This document shows positions 53,524 to 64,000 of a stretch of DNA of 64,000 bases, one piece after another. Origin of the DNA: Pristiophorus japonicus (Eukaryota); NCBI RefSeq assembly GCF_044704955.1, contig NW_027253959.1, positions 496,001 to 560,000 of the forward strand, in the 5' to 3' direction. Within the stretch, counting starts at the first letter, position 1. Each line of letters starts with the position of its first letter. The translations under genes were made by a program, and so were the position numbers. The notes under the pieces were generated by a model. It did no database searches. It saw only the letters and a program-made list of their open reading frames with translations, and had not been told where the DNA came from.

Positions 53524-53823
53524 CGACACCATCTGCTCCCAAACTCTATGCCCTGCTCTCCTCCTGTGAACAACCCGTCACTGGCGGCCCCGTCACCTAC
53601 GGCTGCTTAGCGATGGACTACTCCCCGGAAATCACCAGCCTTTCCTGGAGGTCAGAAGAAGCGCCGATCATCACTGGATTGAAGACCTACCCGTCAGTCC
53701 TCAACAAGAAGGGAGCCTACACACTGAGCAGCCAGTTAACCATCAGCAAGTCATTGGTTGGGAGTAGCGCAATATACTGCGAGGTTCGACGAGGTGACTC
53801 GGTCTGGGACGTAAAAATGCCAG
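53524..53823 (+). CDS. IGHM: Cmu1 exon [17 protein letters not shown]...[10 protein letters not shown]...[17 protein letters not shown]
   Basis: tttcccag|53524 to G|gtgagt; 300 nt; retains light-chain-linking Cys (SSCEQ); matches shark mu CH1. Confidence 0.96.
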
Positions 53824-53834
53824 GTGAGTGCTGT

Positions 53835-54745
53835 GGGATACAAGGAAGGCAAATTGTGAAAAGCAGAGATGATATGTTCAACTTCTATACAACCTTGATT
53901 AGACCAAACTTTGAGTAATGTGCAAAGTTCTGGTCTCCATCTTACACATCGAGTCATTGCACAGCTCTGGTCTTCATATCACACAGTGAGTGCTGCATGC
54001 AGGTCTGGTTTCCACATCATATTTAGAGTATTGTACACAGATAAGGTCTCCATAACATATTAAGAGTGCTACATACAGGTCTGGTCACCATAACACATCT
54101 CTGTGTGCATTACGATCTCCAAATCAAACTTCGAGCATAGTTCTGGTTTCCATATCACACTCAGAGTACTACGCACATGCCTGGTCTCCATATCACATAT
54201 AGAGTACTGTACACTGCTCTAATCTCCGGATCATATCAACTGTAATGTGCATAATGCTGGTTTCCATATTCTAAGAATGATACAGAGGCACAAGGACGAC
54301 AGCAGAACTGAAAAATTGCAACTGTCAATAATTGCTGAACGGAGTGGGATTCGTTTCTCCAGAAAAGGGAAGGCTGAGTGGTGATCAAATGGTGGTCTTT
54401 AAAATTATGAAGCGATTTAAAGGTTAAACGTAGATAAAATATTTTGCTTGAGCAGGAGCCCGATATTGGGGCCATAAATATAAGATATTCACTAATAAAT
54501 CCAATAGGGAGTCCAGGAGAAAGTTCTTCACCCAAGGAATTGGTAAAATATGGAACTCCCTGCCGCATGGAATACGAGGCGAATATCATAGATGCGTTTC
54601 AGGGGAATCTAGATAAGTACAAAGGGAAAAAGGCATCTAAGGTTATGTTGATAGCGGGTAGACAATAGGGAGAGAGGAGGCCCATGTGGAACATAAACAT
54701 AGGCCTGTTGGGCCTAATGACCTGTTTCGGTGATGTAGATTATAT
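53835..54745 (+). mobile_element. CR1 3' fragment in the Cmu1-Cmu2 intron with an internal ~38-bp minisatellite (53910-54270)
   Basis: CR1 sequence on both sides of repeated gagtactgtgcacagttctggtctccatatcacac-like units. Confidence 0.75.
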
Positions 54746-54819
54746 GTTAAAAACCACTTTAAAGTTCTTAATTGTTTGGATTGTAACAAATAATCGCCAT
54801 AAAATGTATTTTCTTGCAG

Positions 54820-55131
54820 ATCGTGTGGTACATCATCCAGCTGTTATCCTTACCTTGAGTTCCAAGGAAGAAATCACCAGCAGCAGATCTGCAACCGCCG
54901 TGTGTACAATCTTCGATTTTCATCCAAAGTCACTGACCGTGAATTGGCTGAAGAACGGACAAATTATGAAATCGGGCTTCATCACCTCTCCCGTATGTGA
55001 GGTGAATGGGAACTTCTCGGCGAGCAGTCGCCTGACATTCTCCGCCGCGGAATGGTTCGCCCACTCAGTCTATACCTGCCAGGTCTCTCATCAAGGAATC
55101 ACCCAAAACCGAACTATCACCAGATCTCCGG
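54820..55131 (+). CDS. IGHM: Cmu2 exon [12 protein letters not shown]...[20 protein letters not shown]
   Basis: ttcttgcag|54820 to G|gtaaga; 312 nt; C1-set Cys/Trp/Cys. Confidence 0.96.
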
Positions 55132-55429
55132 GTAAGAGACATCGCCCCGGGAAGTTCCGGATCATTCTGAGCGCTGATCTCAGTCAGGGCTTTTATCGTA
55201 ATTAGTAAAAAAGCACAGAACTATTTCTAATTTCTAATCATACAGTTTGTTTTTCCTTTCGGTGTAAGCCCTGACTGAGGATTCCTCACGGTTCATGACT
55301 CCGTCACTTCGCCAAAGATTGCCCTCTGCTTGCCCTTAGTCTCAGCTTTATCCTGAGTTGCCTGAGCATATTGGGAGCGACAGTTGGTGTCTCCAGGCCT
55401 TTACTCTGTAAGGGCCACTGCTAGAAATT

Positions 55430-56720
55430 GCTAGAAAGGGTGTAGACAAATAAAGTGACCTTGGAGTGCATGTCCACAAATCCCTAAAGTTAGCACGCCA
55501 GCTTGATAAGTGGGTTAAGAAGGCAGACGGAATATTTACCTTTATTAGTCGAGGCATGGAATAAAATAGCAAGGAGCTTATGCTTGAACTGTATAAAACA
55601 CTTGTTAGGCCGCAGCTGGAGTAGCACGTGCATTTCTGGTCACCAGTTTACAGGAAATATGCGATTGTACTGGAACGGGTGCAGAGGAGATTTACCAGGA
55701 AGTTGTCTGCACTGGAGCATTTTGGCTATGAGGAAAGATTGGATAGGCTGGGTCCATATTTGTTTCGAACAGAGGAGACTGAGGGGAGACCTGATTGAGA
55801 TGTATAAGATTATGAGGGGCCTTGATAGAGTGGATAGGAAGGACCTGTTCCCCTTGGCAGATGAGTCAACAACCAGGGGACACAGATTTAAAGTAATTGG
55901 GGCGAGGATTAGAGGAGATATGAGAGGAAATGTCTTCATCCAGAACGTAGTGTGGGTCTCGAAATCACTACCTGAAAGGGTGGTAGAGGCTGAAACCCTC
56001 AGCACATTAAAACAAAATATTGGATATGCAATGAATCTACAGGGCTGCGGACCAAGAGCTCGAAAGTGGGATTCGGCTGGATTGCTCTTATTTGGCCGGC
56101 GAGGACACGTTGGCCCAAAATTGCCTCTTTCCATGCTGAAAATGTCTATGATTTTATCATCTGCCTTTTGAGAACACAGCATTCAGTTCTGGGCACCGCA
56201 CCGCAGGATGGATAAACTGGCTTTAGAGCGGGTGCAACGCAAATTCACCCGAATGATACCGGGCTAAAACGGCTAAATGATGAGGACGGGTTAGGCTTGT
56301 ATTCCTTTGTGTAGAATGTGAAGAGGCGATGTAATTGAGGTGCTTACGTTGATAAATGGAACTGATGTTATAGATAGCGAGAAAATATTTCATCTGGTGC
56401 GGTACTTCAGAACCAGGGACAGAACCTTAAAAGTAGATCTACAACATTCAGGGGTAATGTCAGGAAGGATAATTTCACACAAAGTCTCGTGTACATCTGG
56501 AACTCTCTCCTCCCCCCCCCCCACCCCCGGCCTCCCAAAGCTGTTGAGGGTAGGGGTCAATTGAACATGTCAAAACTGAGATTGATAGATCTTTGTTAGG
56601 CAAGGGTGTCAATGGTTGCACAACCAATGCGGGTAGATGGTGTTGAGGTCGATATCAGCCATGATCTGATTGAATGGCAGAACAGGATGGATGGGCTGAA
56701 TGGACTTCTCCTGTTCCTAT
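55430..56720 (+). mobile_element. Two tandem CR1 3' fragments in the Cmu2-Cmu3 intron
   Basis: EQRRLRGDLIEMYKIMRGLD...TRGHRFK motif. Confidence 0.85.
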
Positions 56721-57439
56721 GACACTATTACTGTCCTGCGGTTATATTCCCTCCTTACTCTCTCTCACTAGACATGATAAAAGCTCACTAATGACAGAAA
56801 TTAAAAAAAAAACTGATTCACATCAGTATTGCAATTTATTCCCCATGACAAAAGACCCCTTGAAATTCCCTCCCCACGACCTTTTACTTCTGCTCTGCCG
56901 GTTGGGGTGAGGGGGCTGCTACTGGTTCCTGCACATTTTCATCAACCCCAAAATCACAAGACACCAGAAAATTAACTTTGTTTCCTGTTGCAACTATAAT
57001 CCTGGATTTGACTTGACACTCGTTTTGAACCAGTATAATTTTCATGTCGAGATCTTCATCCTGGGGGTGGAGCCATTATACTGAGCGCAAATGCGTTCGG
57101 GCAGAAGGATCGATAGACGGGCCTAAAGGAGCAAGGATTTTCGGGACGAGCGCTATTCAGTGCATAACACAATTGCACCCCACTTTATTCAATGTTTTAT
57201 GTCGGGTCTTTGCCTCACAGCCGATCACAGGTGGCTCTGGGTGCAAATACACAGGAAATGTTAAAGCGTCTCCCGGGATGGTTGCCAATTTGTTGTCCTT
57301 CCAATAATGATGGTTGTTAAGCAACAACGAGAGATAATATCTCAAAGGTGATTTATTATACTTTATGGAGTTAAAGCATAATGCTGCTAACCTGACTCTG
57401 GAGATGAAGCTTTGCTTGACTTTCATTTCTGCTTCACAG

Positions 57440-57745
57440 AAGATTCCTCGTGCAACGATCCAAAAATCACTCTTTCGCCGCCGTCACTCGAGCAGGTCTT
57501 AATGGAGGCGACAGTGACCTTAACCTGCATCGTGTCTAATGCTCCTTTTGGAGTCACCGTGTCCTGGGAGCGGAAAAAGGACATTTTGAAACCAGGGAAT
57601 CACGGTGAACCGGGAGAGGGCGACAGTGTGATCAGCAAGTTAGACATCTCGACACAAGACTGGCTGAGTGGGGATGTGTTTGACTGCGTGGTGAGCCATC
57701 GGGATATGCACACTCCGATCAGAGCTTCCATCCACAAGGAAATGG
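57440..57745 (+). CDS. IGHM: Cmu3 exon [30 protein letters not shown]...[22 protein letters not shown]
   Basis: cttcacag|57440 (alternative AG ending 57442) to G|gtgagc; 306 nt. Confidence 0.95.
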
Positions 57746-58259
57746 GTGAGCGGCGTGATTGTAGTAACACGTGAGAGGCTGTGACTATTCCCGGTGCTTG
57801 TGCATGGGCAAATTCGTTCAAATAAGTATATTAATAGATTACTTTGATAATTGAAATGGTAATCCCACGAACTAAATACTCTGGGATATGGGATGATGCA
57901 TTTAAGGGAAGTTAGATAATTGCAGGAGGGAGAAAGCAATAGAAGGACATGTTACGTGGTTTAGATGGTGAGCTGGGAGAAGGTTCGTGTGGAGCATAAA
58001 AGTTGGTTAAATCAGTTGGCCGAATGGCCTGGTTCCGAGCAGTGATTCCTGTGTAATTTTCCAGTACAACTCTTCAAGCTCCCAGAGAGAAGGATTTTAT
58101 TCCATTCTGTTCTGGGCTGAAAAACTGGACAGGCCACAGAGGCGAAAAAGGGAATCCTTTAATATTCTGCGCAAACCACGTATCTTGCGCATTTAACCAC
58201 CGGTGTCATTGTCTCTGGAAGTCTCCAGTTTATTGATGTTTATTTTAATTGATCTGCAG

Positions 58260-58651
58260 CTAAAGATCCGCGGGAACCGGCCGTGTCTGTCCTCCTGCCC
58301 TCGGCAGAAGAAATCTCCGCTCAGAGGTTTGTCAGCCTCACCTGCTTAGTGAGAGGTTTCTCCCCCCGAGAGATCTTCGTCAAGTGGACCGTCAATGACA
58401 AGCCGGTGAATTCGGGCAACTACACGAACACCGAGGTGAAGACGGAGAACAGCAGCAGCTCTTTCTTCACGTACAGCCTGTTATCCATTGCAGCCGAGGA
58501 GTGGGCCAGCGGTGCTTCTTACTCCTGTGTGGTAGGACATGAGGCCATCCCCTTGAAGACCATCATCAGAACAGTCAATAAATCCAGCGGTAAACCCAGT
58601 TTTGTGAACATTTCTCTTGGTCTGATGGACACCGTCAATGCTTGTCAATGA
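58260..58651 (+). CDS. IGHM: Cmu4 exon plus secretory tailpiece (...[25 protein letters not shown]); internal donor G|gtaaac after 58589 for the membrane form
   Basis: ctgcag|58260; tailpiece with N-I-S sequon and penultimate Cys; stop 58649-58651. Confidence 0.97.
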
Positions 58652-58679
58652 GAATCTCTCGATTGCATTTCAGTTCTTA

Positions 58680-58695
58680 AATAAAAACCAATAAA
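58680..58695 (+). terminator. Secretory poly(A) signals (two AATAAA, 58680-58685 and 58690-58695)
   Basis: ~30-45 bp after the tailpiece stop. Confidence 0.85.
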
Positions 58696-59084
58696 GGCCT
58701 TTTCTTCCAATCGTGAGTTACACACACAGCCGCTCAATTAATTTTGTTTCCCATTTTTGACAAGAGGCGGGCTGTTAATGTGAAGCAGAATATCTGTCGG
58801 ACTTGGGCACAAAGCTTGTACAGCCAGCGCTCCCAGCTCAGATACACCACAGTTTGGAGACAGAGTGAAGCTCTTTCATGACAGGATTCCTCAAAGTAAT
58901 TTCAGCAACTTTCTTCCCACTGGCAGAACCTGCAAAGTTCCATTTTCCGACAAACAAATGCAGCACATTTAGATCTATGTGTCATTGTTTCTCGTGTTGT
59001 CCATCCCTTCAGATTTGGGGCCGGTTTTAATTGGCAGCATCGCACCCTCTTGGATCTGAAATGAGGGCGACACGGGAACAGGAA

Positions 59085-60815
59085 CTGTACCTCCCACTGC
59101 CCCACCAGAGAGAGAGAACAAGTCAATTGTTAACCCCCTGTACCCCCACTGACCCACCAGAGAGAGAGAACAAGTCAATTGTTAAACCCCTGTACCCCCC
59201 ACTGCCCCACCAGAGAGAGAGAACAAGTCAATTGTTAAACCCCTGTACCCCCACTGCCCCACCAGAGAGAGAGAACAAGTCAATTGTTAACGCCCTGAAC
59301 CCCCCACTGACCCAACAGAGAGAGAGAACAAGTCAATTGTTAACCGCCTGTACCCCCACTGACCCAACAGAGGGGAAAGGTCAATTGTTAATCACCTGTA
59401 CCCCCACTGACCCACCAGAGAGAGAGAACAAGTCAATTGTTAACTCCCTGAACCCCCCACTGACCCAACAGAGAGAGAGAACAAGTCAATTGTTAACCGC
59501 CTGTACCCCCACTGACCCAACAGAGGGGAAAGGTCAATTGTTAATCACCTGTACCCCCACTGACCCACCAGAGAGAGAGAACAAGTCAATTGTTAACTCC
59601 CTGAACCCCCCACTGACCCAACAGAGAGAGAGAACAAGTCAATTGTTAACCGCCTGTACCCCCACTGACCCAACAGAGGGGAAAGGTCAATTGTTAATCA
59701 CCTGTACCCCCCACTGACCCACCCGGGGGAGGGGAAATGTCAATTGTTCACCCACGGTACTCCCACTACCCCACCAGAGAGAGGGGAAAGGTCATTTGTT
59801 AACCCCCTGCAACTCCCACTGCCCCAACAGAGCGAGGGGAAAGGTCAATTGCTAACCCCCTGTACCCGCCACTGCCCCACCAGAGGGGAAAGGTCAATTG
59901 TTAACCCCCTGTACCCTCCACTGCCCCACCAGAGGGGAAAGGTCAATTGCTAACCCCCTGTACCCTCCACTGCCCCACCAGGGGGAGGGGAAAGTTCAAT
60001 CGTTAACCCACTGTACTCCCACTACCGCACTAGAGAGAGGGGAAAGGTCAACTGTTAATTCATTGTAAGACCACTGCCCCAACAGAAGGAGGGGAAAGGT
60101 CAATTGTTAATCTCCTGCACCTCCCACTGCCCCACCAGAGAGAAGGGAAAGGTCAATTGTCAACCCACTGTACCTCACACTGCCCCACCAGAGAGCGCAA
60201 AGGTGAATTGTTAATCCCCTGTACCTCACACTGCCCCACCAGAGAGCGCAGGAGTGAATTGTTAACCCCCTGTACCTCACACTGCCCCACCAGAGAGAGA
60301 GTGGAAAGGGCAATTGTTAACCATCTGTACTTCACACTGCCCCACCAGAGAGCGCAAAGGTGAATTGTTAATCCCCTGTAACTCCCATTGCCTCCCCAGA
60401 GGGAGGGAAAAGGGCAATTGTTAACCCCCTGTACCCCCCACCACCCCACCAGAGAGGAAAGTCAATTGTTAACACCCTGTACCCGCCACTGCCCCACCAG
60501 AGAGAGAGCAAAGGTTAATTTATAATCTCCTCTACCTCCCACTGCCCCACCAGGGGGAGGGGAGAGGTCAATTGTTAACCCCCTGTACCTCCCACTGCCC
60601 CAGCAGGGGGAGGGGAAAGGACAATTGTTTACCACTGTACCCCCACTGCCCCACCAGAGAGAGAGGAAAGAGCAATTGTTAACCCACGGTACCTCCGCTG
60701 CCCCATCAGAGAGAGGCGAAAGGGCAATTGTTAACTCATTGTGTCTCCGATTCTCCAACACAGTGAGGGAAACGGCAATTGTTAAAGCCACTGTACCCCT
60801 CAATTCCCACCAGGG
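59085..60815. repeat. C-rich ~48-54-bp minisatellite with a 153-bp higher-order repeat
   Basis: Monomer agtcaattgttaaccccctgtacccccactgacccaccagagagagagaaca; 51-aa periodicity in ORF 59031-59717. Confidence 0.95.
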
Positions 60816-60939
60816 AGAGATGCCCATCTTTGAATTGTTGCATTCCGTCGCCTGACGTCACCTGGCGTCTCACGCTGAAAACATTTACACAGAGCGGGGA
60901 AGAATGCGTGCAAAAGTGAGTGCGTGTGTTTTTGTGAAA

Positions 60940-61590
60940 GTTCACGCTTGCACATAAACACACAGAGACTTACACATAAACACGCACATAGGCACACTTA
61001 CACAGGATATTACACATGCCCAGAATATAATACACACTGTCATTGTCTGAACCAGTTATTAGTACTCTCTGATAGTTTGAATGACAGCAAAAATACACAC
61101 ACACACCCTTACACTAAACAGTCAAAAACACACGCATTAACACACATACACGCACACACACATGCACTTACACTCGCATAAACACACACTTCAACACAAT
61201 GCCACTAACGCATAACACACACACACATTTACATGCGAACACACACATTTACACATAAGCGCACACATGCTTACCCCTAAACATACATAACACTTGCACA
61301 TAAACATACACACACAAATGAAAAACACACACATGAATGTACTTATACAAAACACACATATTTAAACATAAATACACAAAATTTCATATAAACACACAAA
61401 GACTTGCAAGTAAACGTACAGAATTGTACGAAAATAAACACACACTGACACATAAATATAGATGCATAGAATGGCTCATTAACACCCGCAAACTTGCATA
61501 TCAACATTACATTAACACACATCAACACACAAACACAGACTAAACCAGAAGAAGTGATCGTCATGCACATATATGTAAACACTAAAGTGT
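60940..61590. repeat. Degenerate CA-rich simple repeat
   Basis: Direct inspection. Confidence 0.88.
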
Positions 61591-62220
61591 ACAAAATACA
61601 TTAGGCTATCGATGAATATAGAATTAAAATACACTCTTGGAACAGTCTCCCAACCATTATATTAAATAAATAATTTATGATGTCATAATATCTCACATTC
61701 CTCTATTCTGGTCCTACGCACACACTGAATTAACGTTCTTAGTTGGAAACTGATGCAAGTTAATTGTGTTCAGAACATTGACCGTCACAAATTAATCAAG
61801 ATTATAACTCACATCCGACGTCTTACCCTGCCGCCTTGACAGTCTCCAAATAATTAGGTAGATAAAACTATTGTTAAAATAATCGGTATCGCTCAGTAAA
61901 CCTCCCTCGATATTACATCATACTATTCCCGAACGGTAAATCCTATGAAATTGATACAAAATCAATGAGCGTGTGACATTGAAGGAAAACTGTCAAATTT
62001 TCCAACACAGACTGTAGGAGGATCATAAAGGAAGAGCGACTGTGGAATTAGGAACACAGATAGATTGTTGGGAGTGATTAACTTAACACAGGGCATACAT
62101 TGAACATCAAGTTAGAGAACACACTAATACCTTAAGGAAATAAAATAGAATATATAATAATAATACGATATTTTGGATTAGCAAACGATCTGAATATTTT
62201 CCTCCTCTACATCTCCGCAG

Positions 62221-62348
62221 ATTCCTCAGATCACATCTGGGATGAAGACTACGAGGGCCAGAGCGGCAACATCTGGACAACCGCTTCCACATTCATCATC
62301 CTGTTCTTCCTGAGCATGTTCTACAGCGCTGCCGTCACTCTGGTGAAG
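62221..62348 (+). CDS. IGHM: TM1 exon [43 protein letters not shown]
   Basis: ctccgcag|62221 to AAG|gtgaga; conserved antigen-receptor TM motif; not in the ORF track. Confidence 0.95.
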
Positions 62349-62486
62349 GTGAGAAGATTCACTGCATTCGCTTCGAGCTGACTGAAGCGGTTTGCCAAAT
62401 CTCTGAACGTTTCATTGATAAAAACCCTGAGATAATTGCCCCAAAGCACTAAAGCCCTGCTTCAATCTTTTATCCCTCTTTTACAG

Positions 62487-62495
62487 GTCAAGTGA
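62487..62495 (+). CDS. IGHM: TM2 exon VK-stop
   Basis: ccctcttttacag|GTCAAGTGA, giving the KVK cytoplasmic tail. Confidence 0.93.
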   Translation, partial: VK

Positions 62496-62558
62496 TCGGC
62501 TGGATCTCGGCCGCCGTGGATTTTCCTCATCTGGTTATTAACATCACTGTGTCCTGAA

Positions 62559-62913
62559 AATAAACTAGGTCCTCTTGGTGATTCCCGGATTCAATTGACT
62601 TCAGTTTTTTCGTCTCTGTGTTTGAGAAGTGAGATATTCGTTGCTATAATGTAAATGTATCTCTGAGTTTCATAATTGTTTGAATATCTCATGTATAACG
62701 AAGTCACTTTTCTCATTCATGATTCACAATTATTCCCTTCGCTTTATGTTGAACTGTTTCTCTCTCCCTGGTGTCTGTTGCAGTTGTACAGATAGCTGGC
62801 AGCTCAGGCCGCGTGTGTTCCAGGCTCAATGTGACGCTCATTTGTTATATTCAATTTGTCTTAACATTTTAAAAACGTCTCTGTAAATTGTTCGATGTGA
62901 AATTGTTAATAAA
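62559..62913 (+). terminator. Candidate membrane-form poly(A) signals AATAAA at 62559-62564 and 62908-62913
   Basis: Hexamers downstream of the TM2 stop; which is used is unknown. Confidence 0.6.
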
Positions 62914-63080
62914 TCATGAATGATAAATGGAATATGTTGGACTTTGTTGAGTTCCATTCTCCAAGGCTCATTCACATCGTTCCCTTTCCCTATCACACTT
63001 TGTTTTATTCCCCTGAGAGTTATTCATCACCCGTCCTGTCTGAGTTGTGTTTGAATCCAAGTCCCTTCGGTGAAGGAGCC

Positions 63081-63100
63081 GCTGCGCCACCTAGTGTCCG
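63081..63100 (-). promoter_or_regulatory. CTCF-like site (minus strand CGGACACTAGGTGGCGCAGC)
   Basis: Strong match by eye to the CTCF core consensus; binding untested. Confidence 0.55.
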
Positions 63101-63274
63101 ATCATTGTAACGACACAATTCCCCCAGCCTTTTTACGTTGTGCTGCAGAGGCGAAATGACTGCACAGCGAACAGGCGGATCATGCAGTCTCTTTTAATAT
63201 TATGGTCCTTCACGTGCCAGGTGATGCTAAAGAGAAATACTCTGATGCATCAACGTCTGATAGATTATAGAACG

Positions 63275-64000
63275 TGTCAGAGTAAATCTCCTTTTAAACT
63301 GTCCCATCAAACACTCCCAGGGCAGGTACAGGGGGTTAGATACAGAGTAAAGCTCCCTCTACATTGTCCCATCAAACACTCCCAGGGCAAGGTACAGGGG
63401 GTTAGATACAGAGTAAAGCTCCCTCGACACTGTCCCATCAAACACTCCCAGGGCAGGTACAGGGGGTTAGATACAGAGTAAAGCTGCCTCTACACTGTCC
63501 CATCAAACACTCCCAGGGCAGGCACAGCACAGATGAGACCCAGAGTAAAGCTCCCTCGACACTGTCCCATTAAACACTCCCAGGGCAAGTACAGCACGGG
63601 GATAGATACAGAGTTAAGCTCCCTCTACACTGTCCCATCAAACACTCCCAGGGCAGGTGCAGCACTGGTTAAACACAGAGAAAAGCTCCTTCTACACTTT
63701 CCCATGAAACGCTAGCAAGGCAAGTACAGCACGGGTCCGATACAAATTAAAGCTCTCTCTGCACTATCCCATCAAACACTCACAGGGCAGGTACAGCACG
63801 GGTTAGATCCAGAGTAAATCTCCGGCTACACTGTCCCATCAATCACTCCCAGGGCAGGTACAACACGGGTTAGATACTGAGTAAATCTCCGGCTACACTG
63901 TCCCATCAAACACTCCCAGGGCAGGTACAGCACGGGTTCGATACAGAGTAAAGCTCCCTCTACACTGTCCCATCAAACACTCCCAAGGCAGGTACAGGGG
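63275..64000 (-). repeat. 65-67-bp satellite array, runs off the window, inverted relative to 49350-50080
   Basis: (tacagagtaaagctccctctacactgtcccatcaaacactcccagggcaggtacagcacgggttaga)n. Confidence 0.95.

Larger units (their letters stand above)
44272..62495 (+). other. IGHM: Complete unrearranged cartilaginous-fish IgM heavy-chain cluster (L-V-D1-D2-J-Cmu1-4/sec-TM1-TM2)
   Basis: All segments in order on + strand with RSSs, GT-AG introns, phase-1 Ig exons and no stops; typical shark cluster-type organisation. Confidence 0.97.

Noticed and set aside
55503-56182. 222-aa and antisense 180-aa ORFs in the Cmu2-Cmu3 intron
   Set aside because: CR1 ORF2 C-terminal remnant and its antisense shadow.
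44440-58651. IgNAR, full IgW, or germline-joined IgM1gj identity
   Set aside because: V has full FR2/CDR2, segments are unjoined with intact RSSs, and there are four mu-type C exons including Cmu2.
59031-59717. 228-aa ORF in the Cmu4-TM1 intron (possible extra mucin/hinge exon)
   Set aside because: Translation of the stop-free 153-bp repeat; no convincing splice sites.

Overview
Eukaryotic, repeat-rich genomic DNA from a cartilaginous fish (shark-type repeats and Ig architecture; species not determinable here). The only intact gene is one complete, unrearranged immunoglobulin heavy-chain minilocus on the + strand (44272-62495): leader, V, D1, D2, J, Cmu1-Cmu4 with secretory tailpiece, TM1 and TM2. 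Its reading frames are open, its splice sites are GT-AG, and its RSSs are compatible with the 12/23 rule. The D, J, C and TM parts are shark IgM-type, but the leader and V look IgW-type, suggesting a germline IgW-V/IgM-C chimeric cluster (main finding; the isotype assignment comes from my recall of published shark sequences, not from an alignment). Two CTCF-like motifs in the same orientation bracket the cluster. The upstream ~43 kb is a TE graveyard: CR1 LINEs, RTE fragments, Deu-type SINEs, a decayed Gypsy LTR element, a Harbinger transposon with a nested CR1, 27-bp and 67-bp satellites, and a three-copy segmental duplication carrying exon-like relics. Ig coordinates were counted to the base; repeat boundaries are approximate (tens of bp).
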